A stretch of DNA of 64,000 bases, from positions 363,506,001-363,570,000 of the forward strand of contig OZ024740.1 of the NCBI GenBank assembly GCA_964016885.1, read 5' to 3'. This DNA is from Eledone cirrhosa (lineage: Eukaryota). The position numbers and the translations under genes were made by a program. The notes beneath the pieces were generated by a model. The model was not told the origin of the DNA, ran no database searches, and worked only from the letters and a program-made list of their open reading frames with translations. Shown in pieces: positions 15,033 through 28,362 of the stretch. How positions within the stretch are numbered: position 1 is the first letter of the stretch; each line of letters opens with the position of its first letter.

Positions 15033-15939
15033 GTAAGTTACAAACAATTTAAACGATCAATTAATTTATCAAATGAAATAGATGGGAATAGAGCCAGTGA
15101 TGAATGTTGTGAAGTCAAATTGAATTAGGTGGTTGAGTAATATGCTGAGGAAGGATGAAAGTGACAAGAAGAGAGAAATGGAGAGAGTGTGAAGGGGAGT
15201 GGAATAAAATGGTTGGGTCATGTGCTGAGGAAGGTTGAAAAGGATTGTGTGAAAGGAGTGGTGGAAAGAAATCTGGAAGGAAGTAGGGGAAGGGAGAAAC
15301 TAAGAAAGACATTACTAAAGATGATGGAAAAGAAAATGAAAACCAGACAATAGGGCAAAAGGAAGAATCTTGTTATGGGAGCCACATTGTTGATCTCTTT
15401 TTAAGCAGGGAAAATGGCCGAAAAATGCTTGTTGTATCCAATAGAATAACTTTTGTCACATTTTTCACATTTTCAAATTAATTATTATTATATTAAAAAT
15501 CATATAATTTATAAATTAACACAGTGCTGATTGTTATTCAGTGTTTGATGATTCTGTACCTTTTCACACGTCAACTTTATCTTTTCCTCACATGGGGAGG
15601 TGTGGGGTGATAAAATAAAGCACTAGTCAGGTACTGAGCTAAATTTAACTACTTATAAAGATTGAGCAGAAAATATCTGAAAAACAAAACCAGGTTTGCC
15701 AGTTCAAATGTGGAAAATGAAGTGGCAAATGAAGTGCCTAAATTAGAAACCATTATCTTCTTCTTCTTCTTCTTCTTCTTCTTTAAGGTGGTTGGGTTTT
15801 TTTTGGTGCCACAATAAAAAGCACCTAGTCCACACAGTAATGTGGTTGGTGCTAGGAAGGGCATCCAGCCGTAGAAACCAAGTCAAAATACAGATCCATA
15901 TAAGCAAGATAGGTCAATGGAACTGACTTGTCTCAGCAT

Positions 15940-16903
15940 CTTAGTCTTAGATTCTTCCGCGCCGTTCGGCGCATAGAGCAGTGAGTGCTCGCCAGCAGTC
16001 ACGATCAGCGGCAACTTTTTCGAGACAATGCCTGGTGATGTTGACTGCCATCTGGTCCTTCCGGAATGTTCATCACCAGGTGATCCTTGGGCAATCCCGC
16101 CTCCGTTTACCGACAGGCGGAGTCCAGTCCATTGCTATTTTCGAATGCCGTTCATTTGGCAGATGCAGAATATGGCCAGCCAGATGGCACTGACGCTCTG
16201 TGACCACTCTCTGTAGCATCCACGACTCGGCTCTCCGCAGGATCTCCTCGTTTCACACTCGGTCGCACCAGGACATGAAGGATCTTTCGCAGGCACCGCT
16301 GGGGGAAAGCGTTCAGCCGTCTCTCTATTTTTGCCGTACTCTTCCAGGTCTCACTCGCATAAAGCACTGTCGGCAGCACGATGCTCTTGTACAGGCGGAG
16401 CTTGGTCTTGGTGCTAATGCATGAAGACGACCAGACTGGGCACAGCCGCGGGAAAACTGCAGCTCCTTTGCCGATCTGACAGTTGATGTCGAGCTCCGCG
16501 TTGCCGCTGCTTGTCAGGATGCTGCCCAGATAGGGGAAGTGATCGACTTCCTCAAGGTCCTGTTAGTTGACTCTGATCACTGGACCTGTGTTGCTGGCCG
16601 TTCTCATGACCTTGGTCTTTTTGGTGTTGATTCTCAGGCCGATCTTTTCCGCACTCTCTTGTAGGGGTGTTGTTGAGCCCTGTATGAAAACTCCAGTTGC
16701 TGCGTGCGGACCGAGTCCGGTGTGACGGAGTTCTTTGACATTGTCTCTGGAGTCAGACAGGGTTGTTCCTGCTGGCAGCCGATTTCATACTAAGGCGAAA
16801 GGATGAAGGACCCAGTCGAGGAATCCCATGGAGAGAGCAGTCAAGGCTGAGGGACCTGGCATTTGCCGATGACATCACTTTGATCGCTGAAAACAGTGCA
16901 GAT
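15940..16903 (-). mobile_element. GC-rich RTE LINE with 5' inversion and 13-bp TSD
   Basis: TSD CTTGTCTCAGCAT at 15927-15939 and 16904-16916; 3' part on minus (LYASETW..RCLRKIL, CTAAG tail); 16681-16903 on plus (GVRQGC..FADD). Confidence 0.85.
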
Positions 16904-16999
16904 CTTGTCTCAGCATGGAAAATGGATATCAAACAATGATGGCGATGATGATGATTATTAATAATCTAAATTTACATAAGTATCTATTATTTCTTTCAG

Positions 17000-17140
17000 A
17001 AAATACAAAACCATTCAATTGTACCTTTGATGCTGGTCTTTGTGGCTGGTCACAGGATCCAGATGATGATTTTAATTGGACAGGAATGAAAGGAGCAACC
17101 CCAAGCCCTCACACAGGTCCTAACTCTGATCATACTGGAA
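17000..17140 (+). CDS. MAM-repeat protein exon 6 (MAM-B N-part)
   Basis: tttcag|ENTKPFNCTFDAGLCGWSQDPDDDFNW...TGPNSDHTG|gtgagt; phase 1-1. Confidence 0.93.
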
Positions 17141-17963
17141 GTGAGTTATGTTATTTCATAGGTTTTAACATATTATTTAAAGGGTTGATAAATTAACAAA
17201 ATCATGATAAAATACATCCAGTACACTCTGTTACATGGTCGTGCAGGTGCCATAATAAAATGCTCCTAGTACACTCTGTGATGATAAAATGCATGTAAAA
17301 GGCATTAAAAATAGTAGTATTAGTGCCATGATATGATATGCCCAGTACACTCTGTAAAGTGTCAATGATGGTGTGATAATACAATACACACAGTACATTC
17401 AGAAAAATGGTAATGTTGGTGCCATGATAAAATGCATAAAGTTCACTCAGTAAAATAGTTGGCATTAGAAAGGACATCCAACTGTAAAAACCTTGAAATA
17501 TATGGAATGTATGAGCAAGATGTGGTTCCCCAACCTATTTAATCTCAGATGGTAACAACCCATCCAACTCTTGCTAACATGGAAGATTGACATAAAATGA
17601 TGATGACAAACGGCTATCTTATTACTTGAGCAATTTGAAACCCCAAGGAAACACACACAAATTCAGAAACACTCATTAATTAAACACACTAATTAAAACT
17701 AATCTTTTTATTATTGTGAATAATGTTAGTTTAGGTAGCCAACATAGAAAGATGGCATGTTGGCAGTTGTTACGACATCAGAGAGAATTCTTTGCAATAT
17801 TCATTCTGGCTCGCTGGCTTTGCGTTTAAATCCCACCATGGTCAACTTTGCTGCCTTTCACCCTTTCAAGGTTAATAACTAAAATACCAGACAAGTACTG
17901 AGGCTGGCTCTTCTTTCTCTCTCTCTCTCTAGCCTAATTGTTTCTTTTATTCTGCTCTTTCAG

Positions 17964-18223
17964 ATAATGGTTATTATCTTTACATTGAAGCATCTAACCA
18001 ACGCTATCACCAGAAAGCTCGATTGATGAGCCCCTTAGTTAAATCAGTTGGCATGGTGTGTATGAGTGTCTACTACTCCATGTATGGTAGTGACATCAAA
18101 GATTTTAATATCTATATCACTTCTGGGGGTAACACACCTCAACTAATATTTACCCGATCTGGATCAAGAGGAAGATATTGGTTTCAAGCTCAAATAAACT
18201 TCCAAACTAATTCTCCATTCAAT
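17964..18223 (+). CDS. MAM-repeat protein exon 7 (MAM-B middle)
   Basis: tttcag|NNGYYLYIEASN...ARLMSP...CMSVYYSMYG...RGRYWFQAQI..PFN|gtaagt; 260 nt, phase 1-0. Confidence 0.93.
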
Positions 18224-18289
18224 GTAAGTGTAAAATTATTTTGAAATTTATTTCGGGGGGGTTACTGTATCTAGTCCAGGGTCTCCACT

Positions 18290-18620
18290 TTTGTAGTGCC
18301 ATGATAAATTCACCAAATCTACCCTGAAAAGTGCTAATTCTGGTACCATAATAAAATGCATCCAATCCACTCTATAAAGTGTTAGTGCTAGTGTCACAAT
18401 AAATTGCACCCAGTGCACTCTGTAAAGTGTTAGTTCTGGTGACATAATAAAATGCATCCAATCCATCCTGTAAAGTCTTAGTGTTAGTGCCACAATAAAG
18501 TTCCCCCAGTGCACTCAGTAAATTGTTAGTACTGGTGACACAATAAAATGCAGTCGGTACCATCTCTAAAGTGGTTATACTGGTTTCATGATAAAATGTC
18601 CTCAGTAAACACTGCAAAGC
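18290..18620. repeat. ~48-bp tandem repeat derived from the RTE/SINE 3' UTR (also ~17200-17460, 26985-27160, 53690-53810)
   Basis: Unit GTGCCAYRATAAAATGCACCCAGTACACTCTGTAAAGTG.. repeated about 7 times. Confidence 0.7.
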
Positions 18621-19177
18621 AGTATGTGTTAGGTAGGGCACACAACCATACAAACCATGACAAAATGGAACATAAGAGCAAGGTATGGTAATCTGACCTG
18701 ACTAGCCACAGAATGTGTCAATCTATTCAATACATGCCTGCATTGAAAATGGACATAAAGCAGTGATGATGACCCCTTTGGATTAAATACATTTTTTCAC
18801 CACTCATACTCTTTAGGACAAATACTGTATACATTTGGTACTAATACTGTGTGAAGGTGCATGGCTTAGTGGTTGGGGGTTCAGCTCACAACATTATGGG
18901 TGTGAGCTCAATTACCTGCAGCACATTGTGTCCTTAAGCAAGACTTTTTATTTCATGTTGTTCCAGTTCACCCAACAGGCAAAAATGAATTGTGCATGTA
19001 ACTCAAAAGCCTTGTCATAAACTTTGTCATGATGAATCTCATTGAGAATTACATTATAGGTGCACATGTCAGTGGAATGTTCAGCCACATAGATGATAAT
19101 TTAATGATCAGGCTATTCCATTGATCAAACAACTGGAACACTTGTCATCGGAAGCGACAGAGGTCCAGCAACACTCA

Positions 19178-19760
19178 CTAATATTGTATAGAAATGGTAC
19201 TAATGCTTTATATAAAGGGTACTAATATTGTATAGAAATGGTACTAATGTTTTATAGAAATGGTACTAATGCTTTATAGAAATGGTACTAATGCTTTATA
19301 GAAATGGTACTAATGCTTTATAGAAATGGTACTAATGCTTTATAGAAATGGTACTAATGCTTTATAGAAATGGTACTAATACTTTATAGAAACAGTACTA
19401 ATATAAATAAAATTACAAATATGTTTTAAATATATACATAAATAACATTAGAAATAACATTACAAATGCCTAAATAACATTATAAATTGCTCACAATTTG
19501 TTCAGAAGAACATTACAAATTTAATGCTGTTGATAAACTCAAATATAAATGCATAAAAGAGAGAAGAAAAAATGTTGTATAGAAATAGTACCAATACTGT
19601 ATAGAAATGGTACTAATGCATTGATAAAATGGTACCAAAACTTTATAGAAATGATGCTGATACTTTATAGAAATGGTGTTGATACTTTATAGAAATATTA
19701 CTAATGTTGTATAGAATTGTTACTCACTGTATAGACATGGTACTAATACTGTATAGGAAT
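19178..19760. repeat. 22-bp minisatellite (TATAGAAATGGTACTAATGCTT) in two blocks
   Basis: ~10 near-identical tandem units 19178-19400; degenerate block 19575-19760. Confidence 0.9.
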
Positions 19761-20948
19761 CTGATGGATGTGAGTGTTTATTTTCACACAATGAGATGTT
19801 GATTGCTTATTTTCATAACAGGGGATGGGTGTGATGGCTTATTTTCACTCAATTAGGCTTAGCTGTCCTCTTACCAGATCTGCATCTGGAAGGAGGTTTC
19901 TTGGGTGTTTTAATGATAAACGGTTCCAGTCTTATCATGTTGTTGCTGTTATAACTTGAACCTAGATATACTTAATGACCTTCTATGAGGTTGTAAGCCA
20001 TAGGAGGTTTCTAAAGTCTGTTAAAGATTGTGGCTCCAGTTTATACTATTTATTCTCTTAGACATTTCAAATATAAAAATCATGAATATACTTTAACTCT
20101 TTTGATACCAAACTTCTTGAAACTATCCCTGGTTCTTTGATACAAAACTTCATATTTTCATGTGTTTCTTTCATCTAAAGTTAAGTAAGAATATTTTTTC
20201 AAATTATATTCGAAACACCAGATAAATAAGCAAGTTTTTCTAAATCCTCCAAATTTTTGTTTATTTTCAAATTTATTTTAAAACCATAAACAGTGTCTTT
20301 CATTAAAAATATGATAATGAAAGGATTAAGAGTCCAAGAAGCTTTAACTTTCTTGCAAGAAAACAATTTGTGATTTTATCAATGTTCTAGTTATTTATAT
20401 TTGTGTAAATAAAGAAAATTCTCTAGTAATTTTGCATGTGTATGTATCTATACATGTATGTATGTGAGTGTATAAATCTGTGTATCAATGCATGTGTGTG
20501 TGGATGTCTATATAGGTTAGTATGTGTAGTTGTGTCTATGCATATGAGTGTGTCTGTGAGTGTGCAAGAGAGAGAGCATGCACATGAAGGCCCAGTCATT
20601 TGTATGCCAAAATAGTTTTTAACTCTTTTGTCACCCTATTTCTAATGAAATGCAAATCATTTCAGTTAATTAATGAATGATTTTGAGGGATGTATTACAA
20701 TTATTAATTATTTCATTACTTAACATATGGTTCTTTTATAAAATTATGTTGGATGATATTAATTTAAATAGGAACCCTTTGAAACGAGTGATTTTTATTT
20801 GTAGAACCAGAGCTGGTTTTGATTGAGTTGGTATCAAAAGGATTAATAAACAGAAAATAAACTAGGATGTTTGTGAACAATTAGCTAAATTAAGTATTAT
20901 TTATAAAAATGCTTTAATTAATTATTTCTTTCCTCATGTTTGGAACAG

Positions 20949-21036
20949 GTTATTTTAGAAGCAGTCCGAGGCAAAGGACCCGAGGGTGATATTGCTATTG
21001 ATGATGTAACAATACATGAAGGTCTTTGTTCAAGAC
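20949..21036 (+). CDS. MAM-repeat protein exon 8 (MAM-B C-part)
   Basis: aacag|[29 protein letters not shown]|gtaagt; phase 0-1. Confidence 0.92.
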
Positions 21037-22049
21037 GTAAGTGAGATTACATATTTAATAAGAATATCTAAAATAGAGGATAGAATGTTTTGAAGTATTT
21101 TCTGGAGAGAAATGGGTTCTGCCAGATTTTTAAAAAATGTTCAAAACATGCCATATGCCATGACAGATTCATTACAACTCCATCAGGAGTTAAATATCCA
21201 CATACATAATACAAACCAGTATAACATGACCCCTATTTTAGAAGGTTAAAAACAAGAAAAAATTACATCCTTGTGTATAATATGAACCTTGAGTACAGCC
21301 AAGTCTATGTTAATGTTTTTATATACCTGTACCATGTTATCTATCAAAATCTTGATTTTACACACAAATTTCACTACAATATTCAGTTTTAGACTGGGTA
21401 CCATATATCAAGAAATTGTAGCAAATAACAAATTTACAGTACGAGAATTATTATACTATTATTCGAGCAGGAAAATAGTATATATTTTAACAATAATTAC
21501 GTCTTAGTTATAACAATAATTGTTTCTACTTTTGGCACAAGGCCAGCAATTACCCCAGTGCATTACTGGTACTTTATTTTATCGACCCCGTAAGGATGAA
21601 AGGCAAAGTTAACCTCGGCGGGATTTGAACTCAGAATGGCAAGGACAGTTGTAACAATAATGTTATTAAAACATAACAGATACGATTAAGTCCCTTTATT
21701 AATTTATTTTATCAAATATATTTAAGCACAGTAAAAATTTCTGAAAATGCATACTCATGTGTTATATAACAATCAGAACCTGCTTTGCTCTTAAATTTAG
21801 TTCAAAATTTCTTTTATCATATTTTTGTTATTTTCCCAATAAAAGGAATTTATTTGTTTTAAATATATACATAAATTACATTACAAATTGCTCAGAATTC
21901 TTTTAGAATGAAAATATAAACACAAATATAAACACATATAACAAATACAATTAACTATTGCTAGGAACCACACAAATACAATACACCAGAATATATGACC
22001 AGAGTGGGAGAAAGAAAAACAAAAATGACTATCAATTCACCACCACGTC

Positions 22050-22420
22050 TGACAAAGGTGTAATGGAATATTTTGAGGCAAGCCAATATGCTCACAGCAT
22101 TACCATGGGTAATGATGAGGCTAAGGCACTGAAATAACCAGGCACCCTCACAGGCATCACCGACACCTCAGTGAGGTAAGCAACCAATGATGACAAGAGT
22201 CTCATTGTCAGCGGCTGAACTCCACCAAACGTCTTGAATGCCACAGGCTGGAAAAAATAATTGTTTGATAGATCCTGGTATTTTTGGATTTTATTCCATT
22301 CAGCAATGGAAGAGTGGTCCTCACATTTACCACAGCATCCATGATGTGGGAGGGAACAAAAGAGTCATTGACTGTGGCATCCCGAATGAGACATGAGAAA
22401 ATACAGTACAAAATAGGGCA
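22050..22420 (-). mobile_element. CRE-like RLE non-LTR 3' fragment (related piece at ~3120-3460 on +)
   Basis: RDATVNDSFVPSHI and FQPVAF.T.G-like motifs. Confidence 0.45.
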
Positions 22421-22472
22421 ACATTTACCAAACGAGTATTATTATTATTATTTGCTTCTGATCTTATTTCAG

Positions 22473-22628
22473 AGTCAACTATTGGACTTGGTAAATTTTT
22501 TAATTTTGAAAATGAAAACGAATTAATTCAAGAAAAAAACAATGATTTTGATTGGTACTTAGGCTCAGGAAGTTCATCACGATTCTCCTCTCATCCTCGC
22601 AAGGATCATACTTATAAAACTTCAAGAG
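22473..22628 (+). CDS. MAM-repeat protein exon 9 (MAM-C N-part, lacks the first Cys pair)
   Basis: tttcag|QSTIGLGKFFNFENENELIQEKNNDFDWYLGSG...PRKDHTYKTSR|gtaatt; open, phase 1-1. Confidence 0.85.
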
Positions 22629-23313
22629 GTAATTGACATTTCTAATCATTTTTATGACAAACTTTATTTGTTAACTAGCTGACTCCTTGGAAATTATTGG
22701 TTTAGTTAGAAACAACCACCAAGTATTAAAGATCAATATGACATCATTTGAAATGTTATATATATATATATATTTTTTTTTAAAGGAGTTTTATGAAATA
22801 TATATTTGATAGAACTCCTTTTTTAAAAAAAGGTTTTTCTTCTCTTTTTTGCCAATAACGCCACTTTGACGGATTAAAGAAAAAAAGAAAAAAGATTCTT
22901 TAAATATATTTCGATGCTGTTTCCATTCTTACTTTTTTACTATAACCTCTGTTTTGTATAGAACCTTGTCTCCTTTTCATATTTCATATATATATATATA
23001 TATACTAATCAACATAGATATTAGGTTCAAGCACTCAACATCGTCTGTATCCATCCAATTCCAAAGAAAGACCTCATTATGCTCATAGATTCCTTATTTC
23101 ACATGGTTTCTGGATGTTATTCCTAATGCCAAACAGGTTACACGGCTTACTGAATACATTTTATAATGGCACCAGCAGTACCACTTTACATAATGTACTG
23201 AGTATAATCTAGTGTGGCACCAGTACTACCATTTTACAGAGTGTACTGTATGAATTTATGTACCATGCTTCTCCCAATCCATAGAAAATATGTTTCTACA
23301 TTTCTTATTGTAG

Positions 23314-23520
23314 GTCATTATATGTATCTAAAGAGCACCTCTAGAGTGAATCCCGGAAATAAGGCAATCCTGAGTACACCAATTTATTTCAGTAACAAAT
23401 TAACAGTTTGTGTTACATTTTGGTATTTCATGTATGGGAACTCTTCTGGTACCCTAAGGGTCCAATATCTAAGTGAACAAGATCAGTTTAAATCACCAAA
23501 ATTATTGTGGATGAGGAAAG
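23314..23520 (+). CDS. MAM-repeat protein exon 10 (MAM-C middle)
   Basis: tgtag|GHYMYLKST...KAILSTP...CVTFWYFMYG..GTLRV...LWMRK|gtaaga; phase 1-1. Confidence 0.92.
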
Positions 23521-23704
23521 GTAAGAAAATCATTCTTTTAACCTTTTCATTACTATATTTCTAATGAAAAATACTACCTATGATTTTTAATTAATTTTGA
23601 AAATAATCAAGAAGGATTTAGTATCATAACAAACATTTTCATGAGAAGCTTGTGTTTGGAACATAAAATGTTCTTACATAAAATTATTTTGGAATGATTA
23701 ATCT

Positions 23705-25270
23705 CTTGAAGGCTTAGCTCACAAGAGCAATTAAAGAGCTTAAATGTGACAAGACCACAGTAGAAGACGAAAGCTGGCAGAGATGTTAAAAGCCTTAAAT
23801 AGAGAAGGTATTCTTTCACAGACTCATGTGTGCTGAGTGGCCTGGATCTTTGGAAATACACCTAAGTAATTGCAATCAGGTGTGATGATCCCAATTTTCA
23901 AAAAGGGAGACAAAAGAGATTGTTCCAATTATAGAGGAATCTCCTTGTTAAGCTTTCTCAGTAAATTCTATGCTAATTGTCCAGCAAAGAGATGTAGGGA
24001 GATTGTCAAGTCCAAGCTAGCTGATGAATAGTGCAGTTTTCATCCCCAACGTAGCACAATGAACCAAACATTCACACTGCAGCAGTCTTTGAGAATCGTG
24101 GGAGTATTATCAAGAAGTATATTCTAGTTTTGTAGAACTAAAAAAAGGCATATGACTGCATTCCTTGAGACCTGCTGTGGAAGGTTCTGCAGGAGTATGG
24201 GATCGATGGTGAGCTTCTTGTTGCCCTGATGTCTCTATATGAATGTCTGAGTATTTGTGTTTGGATAAATTATGCTAAATTGAAATCTTTCAATATGGGA
24301 ATCAGACTCCCCCAAGAGTCTGTACTGTCACCTCTCCTGTTCATTATTTTCATGAACAGGATTGACATACACAGCAGGGCTGGAAGTGGGATCATGACTG
24401 GCAGGTGTAAAACCAGTTGTCTGGAATTTGCAGATGACATGGTATTACTTAACTCGACAGTAGATGATCTCCAACTTAATAGGTTTGATGCTGAGAGCTG
24501 CATGGCTGAAATGAAAATCAGTGCTGTGAAAACTGAGACACATGTCCTATCAAGGAAGCCTGTGCAGTGCACTCTACATCATCATCATCATCATCATCAC
24601 CGTTTTACGTCCGTTCTTCCATGCTAGCATGGGTTAGACGGATACATGTGAATGGCATTCCACTGAAGCTGGTGGAGAAGTTTAAGTATCTCATGTGTGT
24701 GTTCATGAGTAGTGGAAGACAGGAGGTTGAATTAAGTGCAAGAATTGCAGGAGCAGGTGCAGTAATGCATCAGTTTTAGCATTTGGTATTCAGAAGAAGG
24801 GTTGAAGGTGTAAAAACAAACTTGCTTGCTTCAAATCGGTATTTGTGCTAACCCTTACCTATGGTCATCAATCTTGGGTAATGACCAAAAGAATATGATC
24901 ACAAATACAAGCGGCCAAAATGGGCTTCCTACAAAGGGTCTTTGGAGTAATATTACTTGATAACATAGCTCGGAAATTAGAGAGTTACTCCAGGTAGAGC
25001 TGCTGCTTCTTCTCAAAATTGAGAGAATACTATGGGCATGTGGTTAGAATGTTTCAGAAAAGAATCACGGCACAGATTTTACAGACAAAATCAACTGATA
25101 GGGGTAGACCCTGAGTAAGATAGTTGGATAACATCCATGAGCTTGGCAGGTCTCGCTTGGGGATCCAGCCAGATCAGTTAGAGATGGTTTCTTCGGATAG
25201 GAGCCACTGGAAGTAGTGTTTTAGGACTCTGCCCCATGACCCTCTCAGGAATTAGTGGACGAAGATGATG
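23705..25270 (+). mobile_element. RTE-clade LINE, another family, degenerate (3' fragment of same family at ~8905-9440 minus)
   Basis: IPIFKKGD..NYRGISLLS, QESVLSPLLF, FADD, FKYL; short SINE-tail insert at ~24577-24645. Confidence 0.8.
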
Positions 25271-26230
25271 TTTAAATTTAAAAAGATCCACATCCTCCCT
25301 GTAATGGTGGTCATGTTGGGAACACAGCAAAGAATCATCCAGTCCAGCCTGTAGAGTGGTCATGCTAGTGACAGGACAAAAAAGAACCTGTCTACCCTGC
25401 AGATGGTCATGCTGGTGCTACAATGTAAGAGCACACAGTCCACCCTCTTAGATGGTTGTTTTGGTGTTACAATAAAAAAAACACCCAATCCACACTGTAG
25501 TGTGGTTGGTGTTAGGAAGGCTATCCAGCTGCTGAAACCAATCCAGAAAGTGTTCCGTATAAGCAAGACATGATCACCTGACCTGAATTATCTCATAATT
25601 TGACTGCCCATCTAACCCATGCAAAGGCTGGAAATAGATGTCAAATGATGATTATGATGATGATGAAATACTTTATGACAGCTGTGTATTGCAGAACCAT
25701 GGTTGGTTTGCGACAATTTGGTATAAGATGGGTTAAGCTCTTTGTTACAATATTTCTAATGAAAACACTGTCAATGATTTTCAGTTAATTTTGAAACTAA
25801 TCAAGAATTTGAAAGATTTTATTAATATAATGAACTTTCTCATTATTTGTTTGGTTTTAGAGCATAATATAACAAAGGTGCTTACATGAAATTACAACTA
25901 AAGGGTTTTAGATCAATATAACACTTTAACTCTTTTGTTCCTATATTTCTAATGAAATAGATTGTTTATGACTTAATTTGGAAGGATTTATTAAAATAAC
26001 TAACTCTCTTATTAAACCTGTGTTTGGAACATAATTTAATCAATGTTCTTCCATAAATTGTGAATGAAAACTTTTAGATAAATATAAATACATTAAAATA
26101 AATAGCTTAGTATTGTAGAACAAAGAGTGGTTTCAGGCAATTTGGAATCAAAATGTTTAAATGTTAAATCCAATCAATAATGACAACTAGATTTCAATGA
26201 TAATACCTTTGTCAATGGTTTCTTTTTCAG

Positions 26231-26392
26231 ACAATCAAGGCAATGAATGGAATGAAGCTAATATTAATATTGAAGACCATGCTGATCAACATATCAAGAT
26301 TGAATTTGTTGGTATTGCTGGTCCTGGTTACTCTCTAAATGTTGCCATTGATGATGTTTTAATATCAAACAAAGCTTGCACTGTCAAAAAAG
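26231..26392 (+). CDS. MAM-repeat protein exon 11 (MAM-C C-part)
   Basis: ttttcag|DNQGNEWNEANI...IEFVG...NVAIDDVLISNKACTVKK|gtttga; phase 1-1. Confidence 0.9.
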
Positions 26393-28227
26393 GTTTGAAT
26401 ACATCATATACTATCTAATTTCAACATTTTCTTTTAACTCTTAATGTCCTGTAACACATGAAACTACATTCTTGAAAAGAATAAAACAGCTCTATGACTG
26501 CACCACTTTAGAAAGTAAAGTCTTTACTCTAATATTGCAAATGTTCACAACAATCTATCCCATAGTAAAAATATTACAAATATTTGAATTATCAAACCTG
26601 CTTTTAAACATTTTCTGCTCAATAATTATAGGACATTAAGTGTTAATAAAGAAGGAGAATTACTGCTAATCATTTCTACTCCTGATTAAAAGGTTGACAG
26701 TTCATCTCCTCTTCCTAGCACTGCTTTCTATCCCTGGCAAATACATATGACATTCAATTAGTCAATCAACCTTGCTATAAATGGGCTCCATTGACATGTA
26801 CAATTCAATATTGTAGACAGTGATGATACTGTAAAATTGAAAAGTATTTCATTAGCTTGTTACATATCAACATCATCATCATTATTTTAGATTTATTTTC
26901 CATGAAGCTAAACAACCTGAAGCTAAACAAGTCAAAGGACCATATCTTGTATGAACAAGATATGGTCCTTTGACCATATCTTTGACCAGCACTACCATTT
27001 TACAGAGTGTACTAAGTACATTTTATCATGGCACCAGCACTACCACTTTACAGAGTGTACTGGGTACATTTTATCATAGCTCTAGCACTACTACTGTAGA
27101 GAGTGTACTGGGTACACTTTATTGTGGCACCAGTACTACCACTTCAGAGAGTGTACTGGGTGAACATGAGTGTACATGCCACAAACACTAGATAGATTGT
27201 CAAGAGTAGATAGTTAAGAAGTTTGCTTTGCAAACATTAGTTTCAATCCCAGGTTCAATCCCACTGTGTGGCATCATGTGCATATGTTATTTACCATAGC
27301 CTTGGATAAAACTCTGCCTTGAGAGTGATTAGTATTAGGTAAACAAAAACTGTTTAGAAGCTGTAATACAAATAGCCAACCTCATCACACACTATCATGC
27401 TTAATCTCCCTGAGAATTACAGTAAGAATACATGTGCCTATGGAGTGATCAACAACTTACACATACATTTCATGAGGAGGTTATTCTGTTGATCAAACAA
27501 CAAACAACTGGAACTTTCGTTGTCAAAATTGTATTGGATAATTGCATCTTCGAAAATTTCGCTGTTCAATTCCACCAAAAGCCCCAAATCCCTTCATACG
27601 TTTTTTATCCTTTCACATAGATTTAATAAATTTGTTTATATTTATTTCAACTTTTGGTTCACTTGTCTTTAAATTGAAACCACCAATCTGATGTTGATTG
27701 TCAACTAATTCAGTCAAATGGAATAGCTTCAAGTAATTCCTGTATTAAATAAAACAAATCAGTAACTGGATTCTTATTCACTTTTAACTCATGGGCTATA
27801 TGATAATATAAATACCCTATTGGCCACATGTACATAAATCATGTAAATGGTGTTATGGAAAGGAGACTATTTTCAAAAATGGATCTTTTACAGAAGGATT
27901 GACAGTGATTATGTTTTGAACAGTACCACCATTTTCCTATTAACTCCCATTTGTTTAGCTAATGACTGTACATGGCTCCCCACAAATGACACACACATAA
28001 TAGAATAGCTTATAAGCTTATATTATACCAAACATATAATTGTTACATCATTTCTGGAAGTTTGTTGAAATAAATCACAGATTGTCCAAAACTCTTGAAT
28101 AATTCTTTCATTATCAACGATGCCTGTGCATACAAATATGGGATTTGATCAAAATTTAATGATCATATCAAATATATTTCAAACATTAAATCACAATTTA
28201 ATTTAAATTTTTTCTTTTTCTTTTCAG

Positions 28228-28362
28228 ATGAGTGTCATTTTGAAAATGGCAAATGTGAATGGCAAAATAAAAATACAGGTGATTTTGATTGGGTAATAGG
28301 ATCAGGGAAATATACAACTCTTTATGGACCATCAAAGGATCATACATTTTTAACAGCAGCAG
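28228..28362 (+). CDS. MAM-repeat protein exon 12 (MAM-D N-part)
   Basis: ttttcag|DECHFENGKCEWQN...DFDWVIGSG...GPSKDHTFLTAA|gtaggc; phase 1-1. Confidence 0.93.

Noticed and set aside
19178-19400. Regular 22-bp repeats resembling a CRISPR array
   Set aside because: Directly tandem with no unique spacers, no cas genes, eukaryotic intron
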